DNA from: a virus
Lineage: Duplodnaviria > Caudoviricetes
Direction: 5' to 3' (one strand)
Virus record (IMG/VR): IMGVR_UViG_3300048575_000380
Location: 1 to 46,907 of that record
Length of the DNA stretch: 46,907 bases
The notes under the pieces are model-generated. The model was given only the letters and a program-made list of their open reading frames with translations, ran no database searches and was not told the DNA's origin. The position numbers and the translations under genes were made by a program. The stretch's first letter is position 1. The number at the start of each line of letters is the position of its first letter. This document shows, piece after piece, positions 8,024-17,660 of the stretch.

Positions 8024-9600
8024 CCTCCGTCATCGAGCAGGTCAGCGCGCAGGACCTGCTGGAACTCCTGCCGTACCTGAGCGAGGCGGAGCGGGAGGAA
8101 TTGGATCGGCTGCTGACCGTGGGCGCCCCACGCTGGGTGCCGCAGGTCGGGCCGCAAACGATGGCGCTGGAGAGCCAGGCCGACATCCTGTTCTACGGCG
8201 GCTCGGCGGGCGGCGGCAAGACGGATCTGCTGTGCGGCCTGGCCTGCCAGCACCACGAGAAGTCCATCATCTTCCGCCGGCAGTCGGTGCAGCTCGTGGG
8301 CATCGAGGAGCGGCTGACCGAGATCCTGGGCGGTCGCGACGGCTACAACGGCCAGGACTCGATCTGGCGGCTACCGAATGAGCCCGGGCTGGCCCAAGGT
8401 CGGACGCTTGAGCTGGGCAGCGTGAAAGAGCCAGGCGACTGGGCCAAGTACCAAGGCCGGCCGCACGACTTCATCGGCTTCGACGAGATCACGCACTTCC
8501 TGGAAATGCAGGTGCGCCAGCTCATGGGCTGGAAGCGCACCGGCAAGGTGGGTGTGAGGCAGCGGGTGGTGATGGCCGGCAACCCTCCGACCGACTCCGA
8601 CGGCGAGTGGGTGATCCGCTTCTTCGCGCCGTGGCTGGACCCGGATCACGCGAACCCGGCCAAGCCCGGCGAACTGCGCTGGTTCGTGTCGGACGCCGAC
8701 GGCAAGGATCAGGAGGTCCCGAACAGCCGCCCGGTGAAGGTCGGCAGCAAGTGGGTGCAGCCGCACTCGCGCACCTTCATCCCGAGCGCGGTGCGCGACA
8801 ACGTGTTCCTGATGGCGACCGGCTACGAGGCGACGCTGGACGCGCTGCCCGAGCCGTTCCGCTCGCAGATGCGCGACGGCTCGTTCACCGCCGGCCGCAT
8901 GGACGAGGTGAACCAGGTCATCCCGACGGCGTGGATCAAGGCGGCGCAGGCGCGCTGGCTGCCGCGGCCGGTCGAGAAGGGCGTGATGACCGCGATGGGC
9001 TTCGACCCGGCGCGCGGTGGCGATGACCGCTCGGCGATCTCGCGGCGGCACGGGAACTGGTTCGACGAATTGCTGTCGGTGCCCGGCGCTGCGACGAAAG
9101 ACGGTCCCGAGGCCGCAGCATTTGCAATCCAGCACGTGCGCGACGGCGCGCCGATCCCGCTGGACGCGATCGGCATCGGATCGAGCGTGCTGGACTACTG
9201 CAACAGCGCCGGGCTGAACGTGTGGCCCGTCGTGTCCAGCGACGGCACCACGGCCACCGACAAATCGGGCCGGCTGAACATGCGCAACCTGCGCGCCCTC
9301 ATGTACTGGCGCCTGCGCGAGGCGATGGACCCGACGAACGATGACGCGATCGCGCTGCCGCCCGACGACGAACTGCGCGCCGACCTGGCTGCGCAGCGCT
9401 TCAAGCTGGTGACGATGGGCAAGCGGTCGGCGGTGCTGCTGCTGCCCAAGGACCAGATCCGCGAAGTGCTCGGCCGCAGCCCCGACAAGGGCGATGCCGT
9501 GGCGATGACCTTCCTCGATGGCCTGCCTGCGCCCCAGCAGCGCGAACAGGCCCGCGCCTTCCGCAACCGCTCACGCATCACCGACTGGAGAGCTGCCTGA
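8020..9600 (+). CDS. terL: Terminase large subunit
   Basis: Walker A GGSAGGGKT, Walker B FIGFDE, coupling motif AGNPP, nuclease motifs GFDPARGGDD and SPDKGDA. Confidence 0.95.
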   Translation: MTSVIEQVSAQDLLELLPYLSEAEREELDRLLTVGAPRWVPQVGPQTMALESQADILFYGGSAGGGKTDLLCGLACQHHEKSIIFRRQSVQLVGIEERLTEILGGRDGYNGQDSIWRLPNEPGLAQGRTLELGSVKEPGDWAKYQGRPHDFIGFDEITHFLEMQVRQLMGWKRTGKVGVRQRVVMAGNPPTDSDGEWVIRFFAPWLDPDHANPAKPGELRWFVSDADGKDQEVPNSRPVKVGSKWVQPHSRTFIPSAVRDNVFLMATGYEATLDALPEPFRSQMRDGSFTAGRMDEVNQVIPTAWIKAAQARWLPRPVEKGVMTAMGFDPARGGDDRSAISRRHGNWFDELLSVPGAATKDGPEAAAFAIQHVRDGAPIPLDAIGIGSSVLDYCNSAGLNVWPVVSSDGTTATDKSGRLNMRNLRALMYWRLREAMDPTNDDAIALPPDDELRADLAAQRFKLVTMGKRSAVLLLPKDQIREVLGRSPDKGDAVAMTFLDGLPAPQQREQARAFRNRSRITDWRAA

Positions 9601-11714
9601 TGCAGATCATCCAAAGCCCGCGCGAGCCCAAGCCGGCGCGCATGGACTGGCACAAGCAGGAGCGCAAGCTCGTGGCCGACGGTGCCATGGACTATGCCGA
9701 CCTGGAGGCGCTGATCCGTGACGCGGAGAACGAGCCCGACTGGCGCCGCGAGGCCGACACGAACGCGGCCTACTACGACGGCTACCAGGCCACGCAGGAG
9801 CAGAAGCGCTTGGAGCGCGAGGGCCAGCCACTGATCGTGGTGAACCTGATCAGCCGCACCGTCAACACGATGCTCGGCAACGAGGCCAAGGGCCGGGTGA
9901 ACTGGAAGGTGTCGGCCGACTCCGAGGACGAGTACGGCGAAGTGGCCGATGCGCTGCAGGTGAAGCTGATCCAAGCACAGCGCGAAACCTACGCCGACAT
10001 GGCGATCAGCGAGGCCTACGGCAGCCAGACGAAGGCCGGCATCGGATGGATCGAGGTCAGCCGCGTGGCCGACCCGTTCGCCAAGCTGCGCTACCGCATC
10101 AAGCCCGTGCACCGCAACGAAATCTGGTGGGACTGGCGCGCGAAAGAACTGGATCTTGGCGACGCCCGCTGGCTGCTGCGCAAGCAGTGGCACGACCTGG
10201 ACGATCTGCAGGCGCTGATGCCCGAGTACCGCGAACTGTTTCGCATGTACCAGGGCGCGAAGTTTGGCGCGACCAACCTGTTCAGCGAGGTGATCAACGC
10301 CAGCGACATGCTGCGCCACGCCACGGCGGTGCGCCAGGCTTTCCGAGTCGCCAGCGACGAATGGTTGGATTCGAGCAGGGCGCGCATCGCCACCTACGAA
10401 GTCTGGTACCGCGTCTACAAGTCCGTGGTGGCGATCATGCTGTCCGATGGGCCGGCGGTGGAGTTCGATGCCAAGAATCCGGCGCACCAGGAGGCCGTGC
10501 GCCGCGGCCTGGGCAAGCTGATCAGGGCGCCCAAGCGCGTGCTTCGGCAGGCGCTGTTCGTTGGCCCGCATCGACTGTTCGACGAAGAGGCGAAGCAGGA
10601 TCGCCTCCCGTACATCCCGTTCTGGGCTTTCCGTGACGACCAGGACCGCAGTCCCTACAGCATGGTCAGCGGCATGCGCTACCCGCAGGACGAGTACAAC
10701 GCTCGCCGCTCGCGCTTGATGTGGCTGCTGCAGGCGGCGCAAGTGATCGTCGAAGAAGACGCGCTCTCGACCCAGTACAACAACCTGTACGACCTGGCGC
10801 GCGAGCTGCGCCGCCCGGACGCGATGGTGGTCCTGAACGGCAGCCGCAAGCGCGAAAAGGCGCTGGACATCGGCCGCCACGTCGAGCTGCCGCAAGAACA
10901 GGTGACGGTGATGAGCGACGCCCGCAACCTGATCATGGAGCAACCCGGCGTCTCCGAATCGATGATGGGCAACAAGGTGCCCGGCGTCACAGCGGGCGTG
11001 GCCTTCAACTCGCTGGTCAACCAGTCGAACATTGCCATTGGCGACCACGACGACAACTACCGTTTTGCCCGCCGCGCGGTCGGCGAGGCGCTGATGGACT
11101 TGATCATCGAGGACTGCAATCGGCCTCGCATGCAGATCAAGGTCGGCAGCGGACGCGATCAGCGCGTGGTGGTCCTCAACGACATCGACGAGAACGGCAA
11201 CGTGGTGCGCAACGCGGTGGCCGATGCAGCGCTGAATGTTGCGTTGGACGAGGCCCCGAGCACGCCGGCCTACAAGATGCAGCAGCGCCAGGACATTGCC
11301 CAGGTGCTGCAGGTGGCAGGCACGAACCCGGACGTGCAGGCCGTGATGATCCCGGCCTTCATCGAAGCGACCGATCTGCCCAACCGCGAAAGCGATGCCC
11401 GGTGGCTGCGCCAGCGCTTCGGCGTGCCGCAGCCCGGCGACCGCGAGGGCCAGAAGAAGGCCGATGCCGCGCGCGAGCAGGCCGCCCAGCAGCAGGCACA
11501 GCAGCAGCAGCAGGCTTTGCGGGTGGAACTGGCCGAGAAGCAGGCCAGCGCCGAGCAGAAGCACTCGGCCGCCGGGCTGAACCAGGCTCGCACGATGCAG
11601 ATCGTGCAGCAGACCCGCGCCGCAGCGATGGCTCCGGCCGACGCGGCCAACGACGAAGACCGCCTGATCGACCAGGCGATGGCCGAGGCCGGCGCGCCGC
11701 GCCGACAGGCCTGA
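9600..11714 (+). CDS. Portal protein (P22/933W-type)
   Basis: 704 aa after terL; YYDGYQ, VNLISRTVNTMLGNE, YIPFW, PQDEYNARRS; Gln-rich C-terminal helix. Confidence 0.9.
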   Translation: MQIIQSPREPKPARMDWHKQERKLVADGAMDYADLEALIRDAENEPDWRREADTNAAYYDGYQATQEQKRLEREGQPLIVVNLISRTVNTMLGNEAKGRVNWKVSADSEDEYGEVADALQVKLIQAQRETYADMAISEAYGSQTKAGIGWIEVSRVADPFAKLRYRIKPVHRNEIWWDWRAKELDLGDARWLLRKQWHDLDDLQALMPEYRELFRMYQGAKFGATNLFSEVINASDMLRHATAVRQAFRVASDEWLDSSRARIATYEVWYRVYKSVVAIMLSDGPAVEFDAKNPAHQEAVRRGLGKLIRAPKRVLRQALFVGPHRLFDEEAKQDRLPYIPFWAFRDDQDRSPYSMVSGMRYPQDEYNARRSRLMWLLQAAQVIVEEDALSTQYNNLYDLARELRRPDAMVVLNGSRKREKALDIGRHVELPQEQVTVMSDARNLIMEQPGVSESMMGNKVPGVTAGVAFNSLVNQSNIAIGDHDDNYRFARRAVGEALMDLIIEDCNRPRMQIKVGSGRDQRVVVLNDIDENGNVVRNAVADAALNVALDEAPSTPAYKMQQRQDIAQVLQVAGTNPDVQAVMIPAFIEATDLPNRESDARWLRQRFGVPQPGDREGQKKADAAREQAAQQQAQQQQQALRVELAEKQASAEQKHSAAGLNQARTMQIVQQTRAAAMAPADAANDEDRLIDQAMAEAGAPRRQA

Positions 11715-11829
11715 CCGAATCGCCCGCGCAGGCGCCGGCCCTGCGCGCGGTGTAGCAGCCGGCAAACCTTTTCGAGCCCATCGGCATCGCTGCCGCTGGT
11801 GGGCCCGTACCCCTGGCAGTGCTCGACAC

Positions 11830-11866
11830 AAGGCCCCGCGGCTCACGCCCGGGGCCTTTGTCGTTT
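11830..11866 (+). terminator. Terminator-like hairpin between portal and scaffold
   Basis: AAGGCCCCG...CGGGGCCTT followed by TGTCGTTT. Confidence 0.55.
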
Positions 11867-11897
11867 CGGCCCGGCGAACCGGGAAAGGCCCTGACCC

Positions 11898-12905
11898 GTG
11901 ACCACTGAAACCGAGACCCAAGTCCCCCAACCGACGCAGGAAGAACTGCTTGGCGCGACGACGCCCGAAGCCATCGCCAGCCTCATGGCGAAGTACGACG
12001 GTGCGCCGAAAGAGGGTGTTACGGAGACCGTGGAGCCGCCGGCTCCCGCGGCCGCCGAAGGTGCAGCGCCCGGCACCACGCCCGAGCAGGAACAACCCGC
12101 AGGCATCGCCACGAAGTCCGGTACGGGCGTGCTCCCGTACCACGTCCTCCAGCAGTCGCGCGACGCCGAACGGCAAGCGCGGCAGCGGGCTACCACGGCA
12201 GAACAGGAGCGCGACGACGCGCTGCAGAAGCTCAACGCGCTGCAGGGCAAGGCCGTTCCCGACGAACTGCTGACGACGGCCAAGGACATGACCGAGGCCG
12301 AACTCAACGACCTCCAGTACATCAACCCGAAAGCGCACAGGGCCGTGATGCTGGCGCGCGACCTAGCTGCACCCGCAGCCACGGCCGCGCCTACACCGAC
12401 GGCAGCCGCTCCGGCCGCGCCCGCCGCCACGCAGCCTGCCCCGCAGGCAGAGCAGACGGACGAGCAGCTGGCTGCGCATGACGAAGCCGTGGCCGCCCTC
12501 AACGGGCGGACGCTGCTGAGCCGTCTTGCGCAATCGGGTGGTGCGATCTGGGACAAGGCGATTGAGTTCGATGCCGCACTGCGCATGGACCCGACATGGG
12601 CCCAGAAGTCGATGGCGGACAGGTTCGCAGAAGTGGAACAGCGCATCGCCAAGGAACTTGGCGTATCGCTCCCGGGAGGGGCCCAGCCCAGCGCTCCCGC
12701 TCCAGCACCGGCCACCGCGCCGGCGCCGAAGCCGGAGATCCAGAGCTTCAGGCCCAACACCTCCAGCGATCTCGTCAGCGGTGCGCCGCCCAGTGCGGGC
12801 GACGGCATCTCCGCTGACGCCGACCCGATGGCGCTCATGCGCCGCTTCTCGTCGATGACCAACGAACAGATTCAGGCGCAAGTGCGCCGATCTCTCGGCG
12901 GCTGA
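11898..12905 (+). CDS. Scaffolding protein
   Basis: Between portal and capsid; acidic, Pro/Ala-rich, with coiled coil and a GVLPYHVL motif. Confidence 0.75.
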   Translation: MTTETETQVPQPTQEELLGATTPEAIASLMAKYDGAPKEGVTETVEPPAPAAAEGAAPGTTPEQEQPAGIATKSGTGVLPYHVLQQSRDAERQARQRATTAEQERDDALQKLNALQGKAVPDELLTTAKDMTEAELNDLQYINPKAHRAVMLARDLAAPAATAAPTPTAAAPAAPAATQPAPQAEQTDEQLAAHDEAVAALNGRTLLSRLAQSGGAIWDKAIEFDAALRMDPTWAQKSMADRFAEVEQRIAKELGVSLPGGAQPSAPAPAPATAPAPKPEIQSFRPNTSSDLVSGAPPSAGDGISADADPMALMRRFSSMTNEQIQAQVRRSLGG

Positions 12906-12941
12906 CGCAGGTGGTGGGCCCCGATCAACGGGTGAACCCAC

Positions 12942-14240
12942 ATGTCCGGTACCAACGTCGCGGCCAACTCGCCGCAGGCAAACAAACTTCTCAGCGTGGC
13001 CTTGTTCGCGCAAGCGGTCAAGGAGCCATCTCCCCTCAACAACCTGGTCGGCAACGCGCCGACGCAAAGCATGGCCGAGGGCGTGCTGCGCCAGCAGTCG
13101 TCCGAGCACATGCCGATCGTGCAGGTCATGGACCTGGCGAAGACCGCTGGCGACAAGGTGACGGTCGACGCCATCAACGTTGTCAAGGGCCGCCCGATCA
13201 TGGGTGACCGCAATGCCGAGGGCAAGGGCGCGAAGATGGACTTCGCGTCGCAGGAAATCCGCATCGACATGGCCACCGTGCCGATCGACGCCGGCGGCAA
13301 GATGAGCCAGAAGCGCACGTACCACGACCTCGTGTCGCTGGCCACGGCTCAACTTCGGGGCCTGATGCCGCGCCTGGCGTGGCAGCGCTGCCTGGTCCAG
13401 ATGTCTGGCGCCCGCGGTGTGCAGGACGGCCAGGACTGGGCGCTGCCGCTTGACAGCGACGCCGAGTTCGGCGAGATGGTCATCAACGCATTGCAGGCTC
13501 CGACCTACAACCGGCACTACGTGATCGACGGCGCGGACCTGCTGCAAGGCGGCGCGAATCTGAACGCGATCGACACCGCCGACAACTGGAAGCTCGCGCA
13601 CATCGATCGCCTGGCGGCGCTGTGGGACGAGATGCCCACGCGGATGAGCCCCATCCGCATCCCGGGCGATCCGGTGGCGATGGACGATCCGATCAAGGGC
13701 GTGCTGTTCCTGGACCCGCTGGCCTACGACGCGCTGTTGAACGACACCACGTCGGGCTACAACATCCGCGAGTTCCAGAAGAACGGCCTGGAGCGTGCGA
13801 GCTACGGCTCGCTGCGCCAGCACCCGTTGTTCGCGGGCTCGCCGATCTTTTGGAACGGGGTGCTGGTGCGCAAGATCAGCCACGCGATCCGCTTCAACCC
13901 GAACACCACGGTGAAGCACGTGACGGCGGCCAACCGGCTGACCGCCACGGAGACCGATGTGACGATCGCCAACTTCGCTGCCACGCACCAGGTGTCGCGG
14001 GCGATCTTCATGGGTGCACAGGGGCTGGCCCAGTGCCTCGGAACGAATCGAACGTCTGGCGTGCCGTACTCGCTGCTGGAGAACACCTACAACTTCGGCC
14101 GCAGCACGGAGATGGCCGGCGAAATGATCGGGGGCGAGGCAAAGCTGCGCTTCAAGCTCTACAACGCCGACGGCAACTTGGAGCCGACCGACTTCGGCGT
14201 GATGGTCATCGACTCGACGATCAAGAAGATCGCCGCCTGA
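12942..14240 (+). CDS. Major capsid protein (DUF4043 / 933W-F116 type)
   Basis: QANKLLSVALF, PIVQVMDLAKTAGDKV, GGKMSQKRT, HPLFAG, DFGVMVID. Confidence 0.9.
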   Translation: MSGTNVAANSPQANKLLSVALFAQAVKEPSPLNNLVGNAPTQSMAEGVLRQQSSEHMPIVQVMDLAKTAGDKVTVDAINVVKGRPIMGDRNAEGKGAKMDFASQEIRIDMATVPIDAGGKMSQKRTYHDLVSLATAQLRGLMPRLAWQRCLVQMSGARGVQDGQDWALPLDSDAEFGEMVINALQAPTYNRHYVIDGADLLQGGANLNAIDTADNWKLAHIDRLAALWDEMPTRMSPIRIPGDPVAMDDPIKGVLFLDPLAYDALLNDTTSGYNIREFQKNGLERASYGSLRQHPLFAGSPIFWNGVLVRKISHAIRFNPNTTVKHVTAANRLTATETDVTIANFAATHQVSRAIFMGAQGLAQCLGTNRTSGVPYSLLENTYNFGRSTEMAGEMIGGEAKLRFKLYNADGNLEPTDFGVMVIDSTIKKIAA

Positions 14241-14245
14241 TGACG

Positions 14246-14265
14246 GGCAGGGCGCAAGCCCTGCC
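14246..14265 (+). other. GCAA-tetraloop hairpin just after the capsid stop
   Basis: GGCAGGGC-GCAA-GCCCTGCC; no U-tract, so more likely an mRNA-stability element than a terminator. Confidence 0.55.
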
Positions 14266-14291
14266 GCTCCATCGAACACGAAAGGATCAAC

Positions 14292-14780
14292 ATGACTACC
14301 TACTCCGGCCGCAAGGCCACCTTGCCGGGCCACATGCAGGCTTTCGGCAACCTGAGCGGCTTCTACGACACCGTGGACATCCCGGCCGCGCTGACCACGA
14401 ACGACGAGGTGCGCGCGCTGCGGGTTCCGGCCGGCAACACGATCTGCGGCTTGCAGTTCTTCACCGGCGACCTCGACACCGGCTCCAACACGCTGACCGT
14501 GAACGTGGGCTGGAAGTCGGTCAGTGGCGACGCAATCACGGTGCGCACGCCCAGCGGCAGCTCCACTGCCGCGAGCAACGCGACGGCGTTCGGCGCGGCC
14601 CTGACGGACTTCCAGACCGCATCGACCGTGGGCGGCGCCGGCAAGAAGCTCGCCTTCGAGCCGATCTCGTTCAACGACGACGTGTGGATCACGCTGGTGC
14701 CGGCGGCCAATGCCAACGCGATGGCCGCGGCCAAGACGGTGACCACGTTCGCCGAGACGATCGTCGACGGCATCAAGTGA
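14292..14780 (+). CDS. Putative capsid decoration/cement protein
   Basis: AAGGA RBS; beta-rich 162 aa directly after the capsid gene. Confidence 0.6.
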   Translation: MTTYSGRKATLPGHMQAFGNLSGFYDTVDIPAALTTNDEVRALRVPAGNTICGLQFFTGDLDTGSNTLTVNVGWKSVSGDAITVRTPSGSSTAASNATAFGAALTDFQTASTVGGAGKKLAFEPISFNDDVWITLVPAANANAMAAAKTVTTFAETIVDGIK

Positions 14781-14822
14781 GGTTGTCTCCTCTGCGGTTT
14801 TGACAAGGGGCCGCAGTTGCCT

Positions 14823-14856
14823 GAGGGGCCGGTCTTCGGATCGGCCCCTCGCTTTT
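14823..14856 (+). terminator. Intrinsic terminator with UUCG loop
   Basis: GAGGGGCCGGTC-TTCG-GATCGGCCCCTC followed by GCTTTT. Confidence 0.75.
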
Positions 14857-14869
14857 CCGGAGCGAGAAC

Positions 14870-15256
14870 ATGATCAAGGTTCGATACGTCGGCCTGAAGG
14901 AACGGCGCGCCGACACCGTGGCCGGTACCGGCACCGTCTGGATCGGGCATGGCGACGTGCAGGACGTGCCCGATGCCGCTTGGCCCAAGCTGTCCAAGCA
15001 CCCGGACATCTGGGAGCGCGTGGATGCCGATGTCGGGCTGGAGAGCGTGAAGGTGCCCGAGGCGCCGCCCACGAAGGTGCCCAGCCGCTTCGCCCTGCAG
15101 CATGCTGACGGCAGCGTGCTGGACCTGGCCGACCTCGATGACGACGCGCTGAAGCAGTTCGTCGTCGACCACGGCCTGGAGAAGGTGGACCTGCGCAAGA
15201 AGGGCGACGCCCGGCGCGAGGCCATCTTCGCCGAGGTGCAGGCGGCCAAGGGCTGA
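14870..15256 (+). CDS. Conserved head-module hypothetical protein
   Basis: GGAG RBS; YVG.K..RADTVAGTG.VW...KHPDIW and a small helical C-domain. Confidence 0.75.
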   Translation: MIKVRYVGLKERRADTVAGTGTVWIGHGDVQDVPDAAWPKLSKHPDIWERVDADVGLESVKVPEAPPTKVPSRFALQHADGSVLDLADLDDDALKQFVVDHGLEKVDLRKKGDARREAIFAEVQAAKG

Positions 15257-15336
15257 CCCATGGGCGCGCTGTCCCGGCTGGCGCGCACCAGTTGTTTTGA
15301 CCAGCCGGGATGGCCTTGCGAGGCCGGAAGGAACTT

Positions 15337-15717
15337 ATGAGCCAAGAGACCTCTGAATTCCGGGTGCGCCCGGTGAACCGGTTCGTGCTGACGCACTACC
15401 AGAGTGATGCCAACGCCGGCAGCGTGCGAACCATCGGTGAGTTTCCGAATGCTGAATTGGCGAACGAAGTGGCAGCCGCCATGCGCGGCAAGGCGTTGCC
15501 ACGGTCGGCGCCGCAGTCGTTCCCGCTGGGCCTCCAGGCCCCCAATACCGAGTTCGCCATTGTCGGCAACAGCCTCGGCGACGAAGCGACGATCGTGCAC
15601 TACGCTTACGGTGAGGCGGAGGCCACTGAGCGCAAGGCGCAATGCGAAGCGACGTTCGGCGGGGTGTTCACCGTGTACTCGCGTCAGCGAGAGGTCGCCG
15701 GGCCAATCTGCGTATGA
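15337..15717 (+). CDS. Hypothetical protein (126 aa)
   Basis: GAAGGA before the ATG; ATGA overlap with the next gene. Confidence 0.65.
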   Translation: MSQETSEFRVRPVNRFVLTHYQSDANAGSVRTIGEFPNAELANEVAAAMRGKALPRSAPQSFPLGLQAPNTEFAIVGNSLGDEATIVHYAYGEAEATERKAQCEATFGGVFTVYSRQREVAGPICV

Positions 15718-16163
15718 CGACTATTGCCTGGGACGGCAGGACATTGGCTGCCGACCGCTGCTCATGGAGCGGTGCCGCTCGCCGCAGAGTGTGCAAGGTG
15801 TTCAAGCTCAAGGCTGCCGATGGCTCGCGCTTTCTCATCGCCTTCGCCGGCAACGGCAGCTTTGCGCTGGCCGTGCTCGCATGGATGCGCGGAGAGCGCG
15901 AGCGGCCCGACCCGCTTGCGTTCCTCAAGCCGGATGAGCTGAACAACCAATGCGCGCTGGTCATTGATGAGCAGCGGCGCATCTGGCAGCTCGGAAACGA
16001 GCTTTGGTACTCGCGGATGCGTGAGCGTGTCTATGCCTTCGGTGGCGGCCAGGACTTCGCATGGGGCGCGCTTGAGGCGGGCGCCTCGGCGCGGCACGCG
16101 GTCGAGATCGCCATGAAGCGCAGCGACTACGCGGGGCTCGGCGTGGACGTGGTGAGTTTCTAG
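15714..16163 (+). CDS. Ntn-hydrolase (HslV/proteasome-beta-like) protein
   Basis: N-terminal MTTIAWDG.TLAAD and AFGGG..FA.GALEAGASA..AVEIA...D motifs. Confidence 0.75.
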   Translation: MTTIAWDGRTLAADRCSWSGAARRRVCKVFKLKAADGSRFLIAFAGNGSFALAVLAWMRGERERPDPLAFLKPDELNNQCALVIDEQRRIWQLGNELWYSRMRERVYAFGGGQDFAWGALEAGASARHAVEIAMKRSDYAGLGVDVVSF

Positions 16164-16171
16164 GAGAAGGA

Positions 16172-16831
16172 ATGCCAATCACCGGCAGCGACATCGTGGG
16201 CCGCGCGATCACGAAGGCGAACGATGTCGACCAGACCTACTGGGGCGCGGCCGAGTCGCTGAAGTGGGTGAACGACGCGCAGCGGGCCGTGGTGAGCGAG
16301 CTGCCCAAGGCCGGCGCGACGATGGCCCAGCCCATGCTGCAGGCGGGCTCCCGGCAGACGCTGGCCGGGCTGTCGCTGGCCCGCGGCATCGAGGTCGTCG
16401 ACCTGGTGTGCAACGTGGTCGGCGCGGCGCGCTCGACGCCGATCCACCGCACCTCCCGCGCCTGGCTGGACGACAACCTGCCGAACTGGCACGCGGACAC
16501 GTCGGGCCCGGTCGAATACTGGACCTTCGACGAACGCGATCCTTCGGCCTTCTACGTCTGGCCGAACAACGGCGGCAAGGTCGAGCTGATCTACGCCGCC
16601 CCGCCGGCGGACCTGGCGGCCATCGGCGACCCGATCGGCCTGAACGACATCTACGCCGAGGCCATGCAGAACTACGTGCTGTTCTGCTACTTCAGCAAGG
16701 ACATCACCAAGCTCAAGAGCGCGCAGTACGCGCAGCAGTACTACTCGCTGTTCCTGGCCTGCCTGGGCAAGCGCGGGCAGTCGGTGGACCTGACCTCGGC
16801 TGCCGGCAAGGCCAAGGAGGTTGGGCAATGA
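16172..16831 (+). CDS. Head-tail adaptor (DUF6682-like)
   Basis: AGGAGAAGG RBS; W...ESLKWVNDAQR, LD...PNWH, FYVWP, YVLF..FSKD. Confidence 0.75.
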   Translation: MPITGSDIVGRAITKANDVDQTYWGAAESLKWVNDAQRAVVSELPKAGATMAQPMLQAGSRQTLAGLSLARGIEVVDLVCNVVGAARSTPIHRTSRAWLDDNLPNWHADTSGPVEYWTFDERDPSAFYVWPNNGGKVELIYAAPPADLAAIGDPIGLNDIYAEAMQNYVLFCYFSKDITKLKSAQYAQQYYSLFLACLGKRGQSVDLTSAAGKAKEVGQ

Positions 16832-17457
16832 TCGTCGACCCGGCCCTGTTCGTGACCTGGGCGCAGATGCGGCCGGCGGTGCTGGCCCGCGCCTCGGAGT
16901 GCCCGTCGTTCCTGCTGGACAACGCGATGCGGCGCGCGGCGCGCGAGTTCTTCAAGGTCTCGCGGGTCTGGCGCACGGAACGCAACGTGCTGCTGACCAC
17001 GGCCGCGGCCACCTTGGCCTACCCGTTCACCGCGCCGACCGAGGCCCAACTCGCCTCCGTGCAGTCGGCCTGGCTCGGCGGCCGGGAAATGCACGTTGCG
17101 CTGCCGGGCGACGAAGACGTGGGCCCGGACGACACCGACTGCCCGCGCATCGGCGCGCGCGAGCCCGACACGCTGTACCTGACGCACGAGCCGGATGCCG
17201 TGGGCGTGGACGTGGTAGGCGTGGCGGCGCTGATGCCTGCCGCCGCGGCCACAGGCATCCCAGCCGAGGCCTGGAGCGGCTGGTACCACGCGCTGAGCTG
17301 CGGTGCGGCCTCGTTCCTGGTCACCGAGCCGAACAAGCCGTGGTCCAACCCGAACGCGCAGGTCTGGCTGCGCCGCGAGTTCGATGACGGCATCACCCAG
17401 GCCAGCATGTCCGCCGGCCCGACCCGCCGGCGCAGCTTGAGGATGCAGCCGCTGTGA
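16828..17457 (+). CDS. Second adaptor / tail-associated protein (209 aa)
   Basis: ATGA overlap; CP..LLD.A.R.AAREFF..SRVWR and PNKPWSNP motifs. Confidence 0.7.
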   Translation: MIVDPALFVTWAQMRPAVLARASECPSFLLDNAMRRAAREFFKVSRVWRTERNVLLTTAAATLAYPFTAPTEAQLASVQSAWLGGREMHVALPGDEDVGPDDTDCPRIGAREPDTLYLTHEPDAVGVDVVGVAALMPAAAATGIPAEAWSGWYHALSCGAASFLVTEPNKPWSNPNAQVWLRREFDDGITQASMSAGPTRRRSLRMQPL

Positions 17458-17660
17458 CGCTGGTGTTCGACGATCAGGTGTTCCTGGCCGCGAACATCAG
17501 CGACAACGAGAAAATGATCGAGCAGGAGGGCGTCGGCGTCGATGCCGTCAACCTCGACACGCGCTACGACGACTTCCGCGGCATCGCCAGCGCGGCCTGG
17601 TGCCACCGCCTGTTGTCCACGGCGCCACTGCCGGTCCTGACCTCGGAAGCCTACTGGTGA
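17454..17660 (+). CDS. 68-aa paralog of the N-terminus of the next gene (nozzle N-terminal-like peptide)
   Basis: GTGA-coupled on both sides; shares TL..DQVFL...G.GV.A.NLDTR..DFRG...H.L.S...P.LTS..Y with the 17657 gene. Confidence 0.65.
   Translation: MTLVFDDQVFLAANISDNEKMIEQEGVGVDAVNLDTRYDDFRGIASAAWCHRLLSTAPLPVLTSEAYW

Noticed and set aside
9195-14333. Long minus-strand ORFs opposite portal, scaffold and capsid (also 20087-22276, 27285-29471, 43387-45840)
   Set aside because: Typical antisense shadows of high-GC3 genes; no motifs or ribosome-binding sites.
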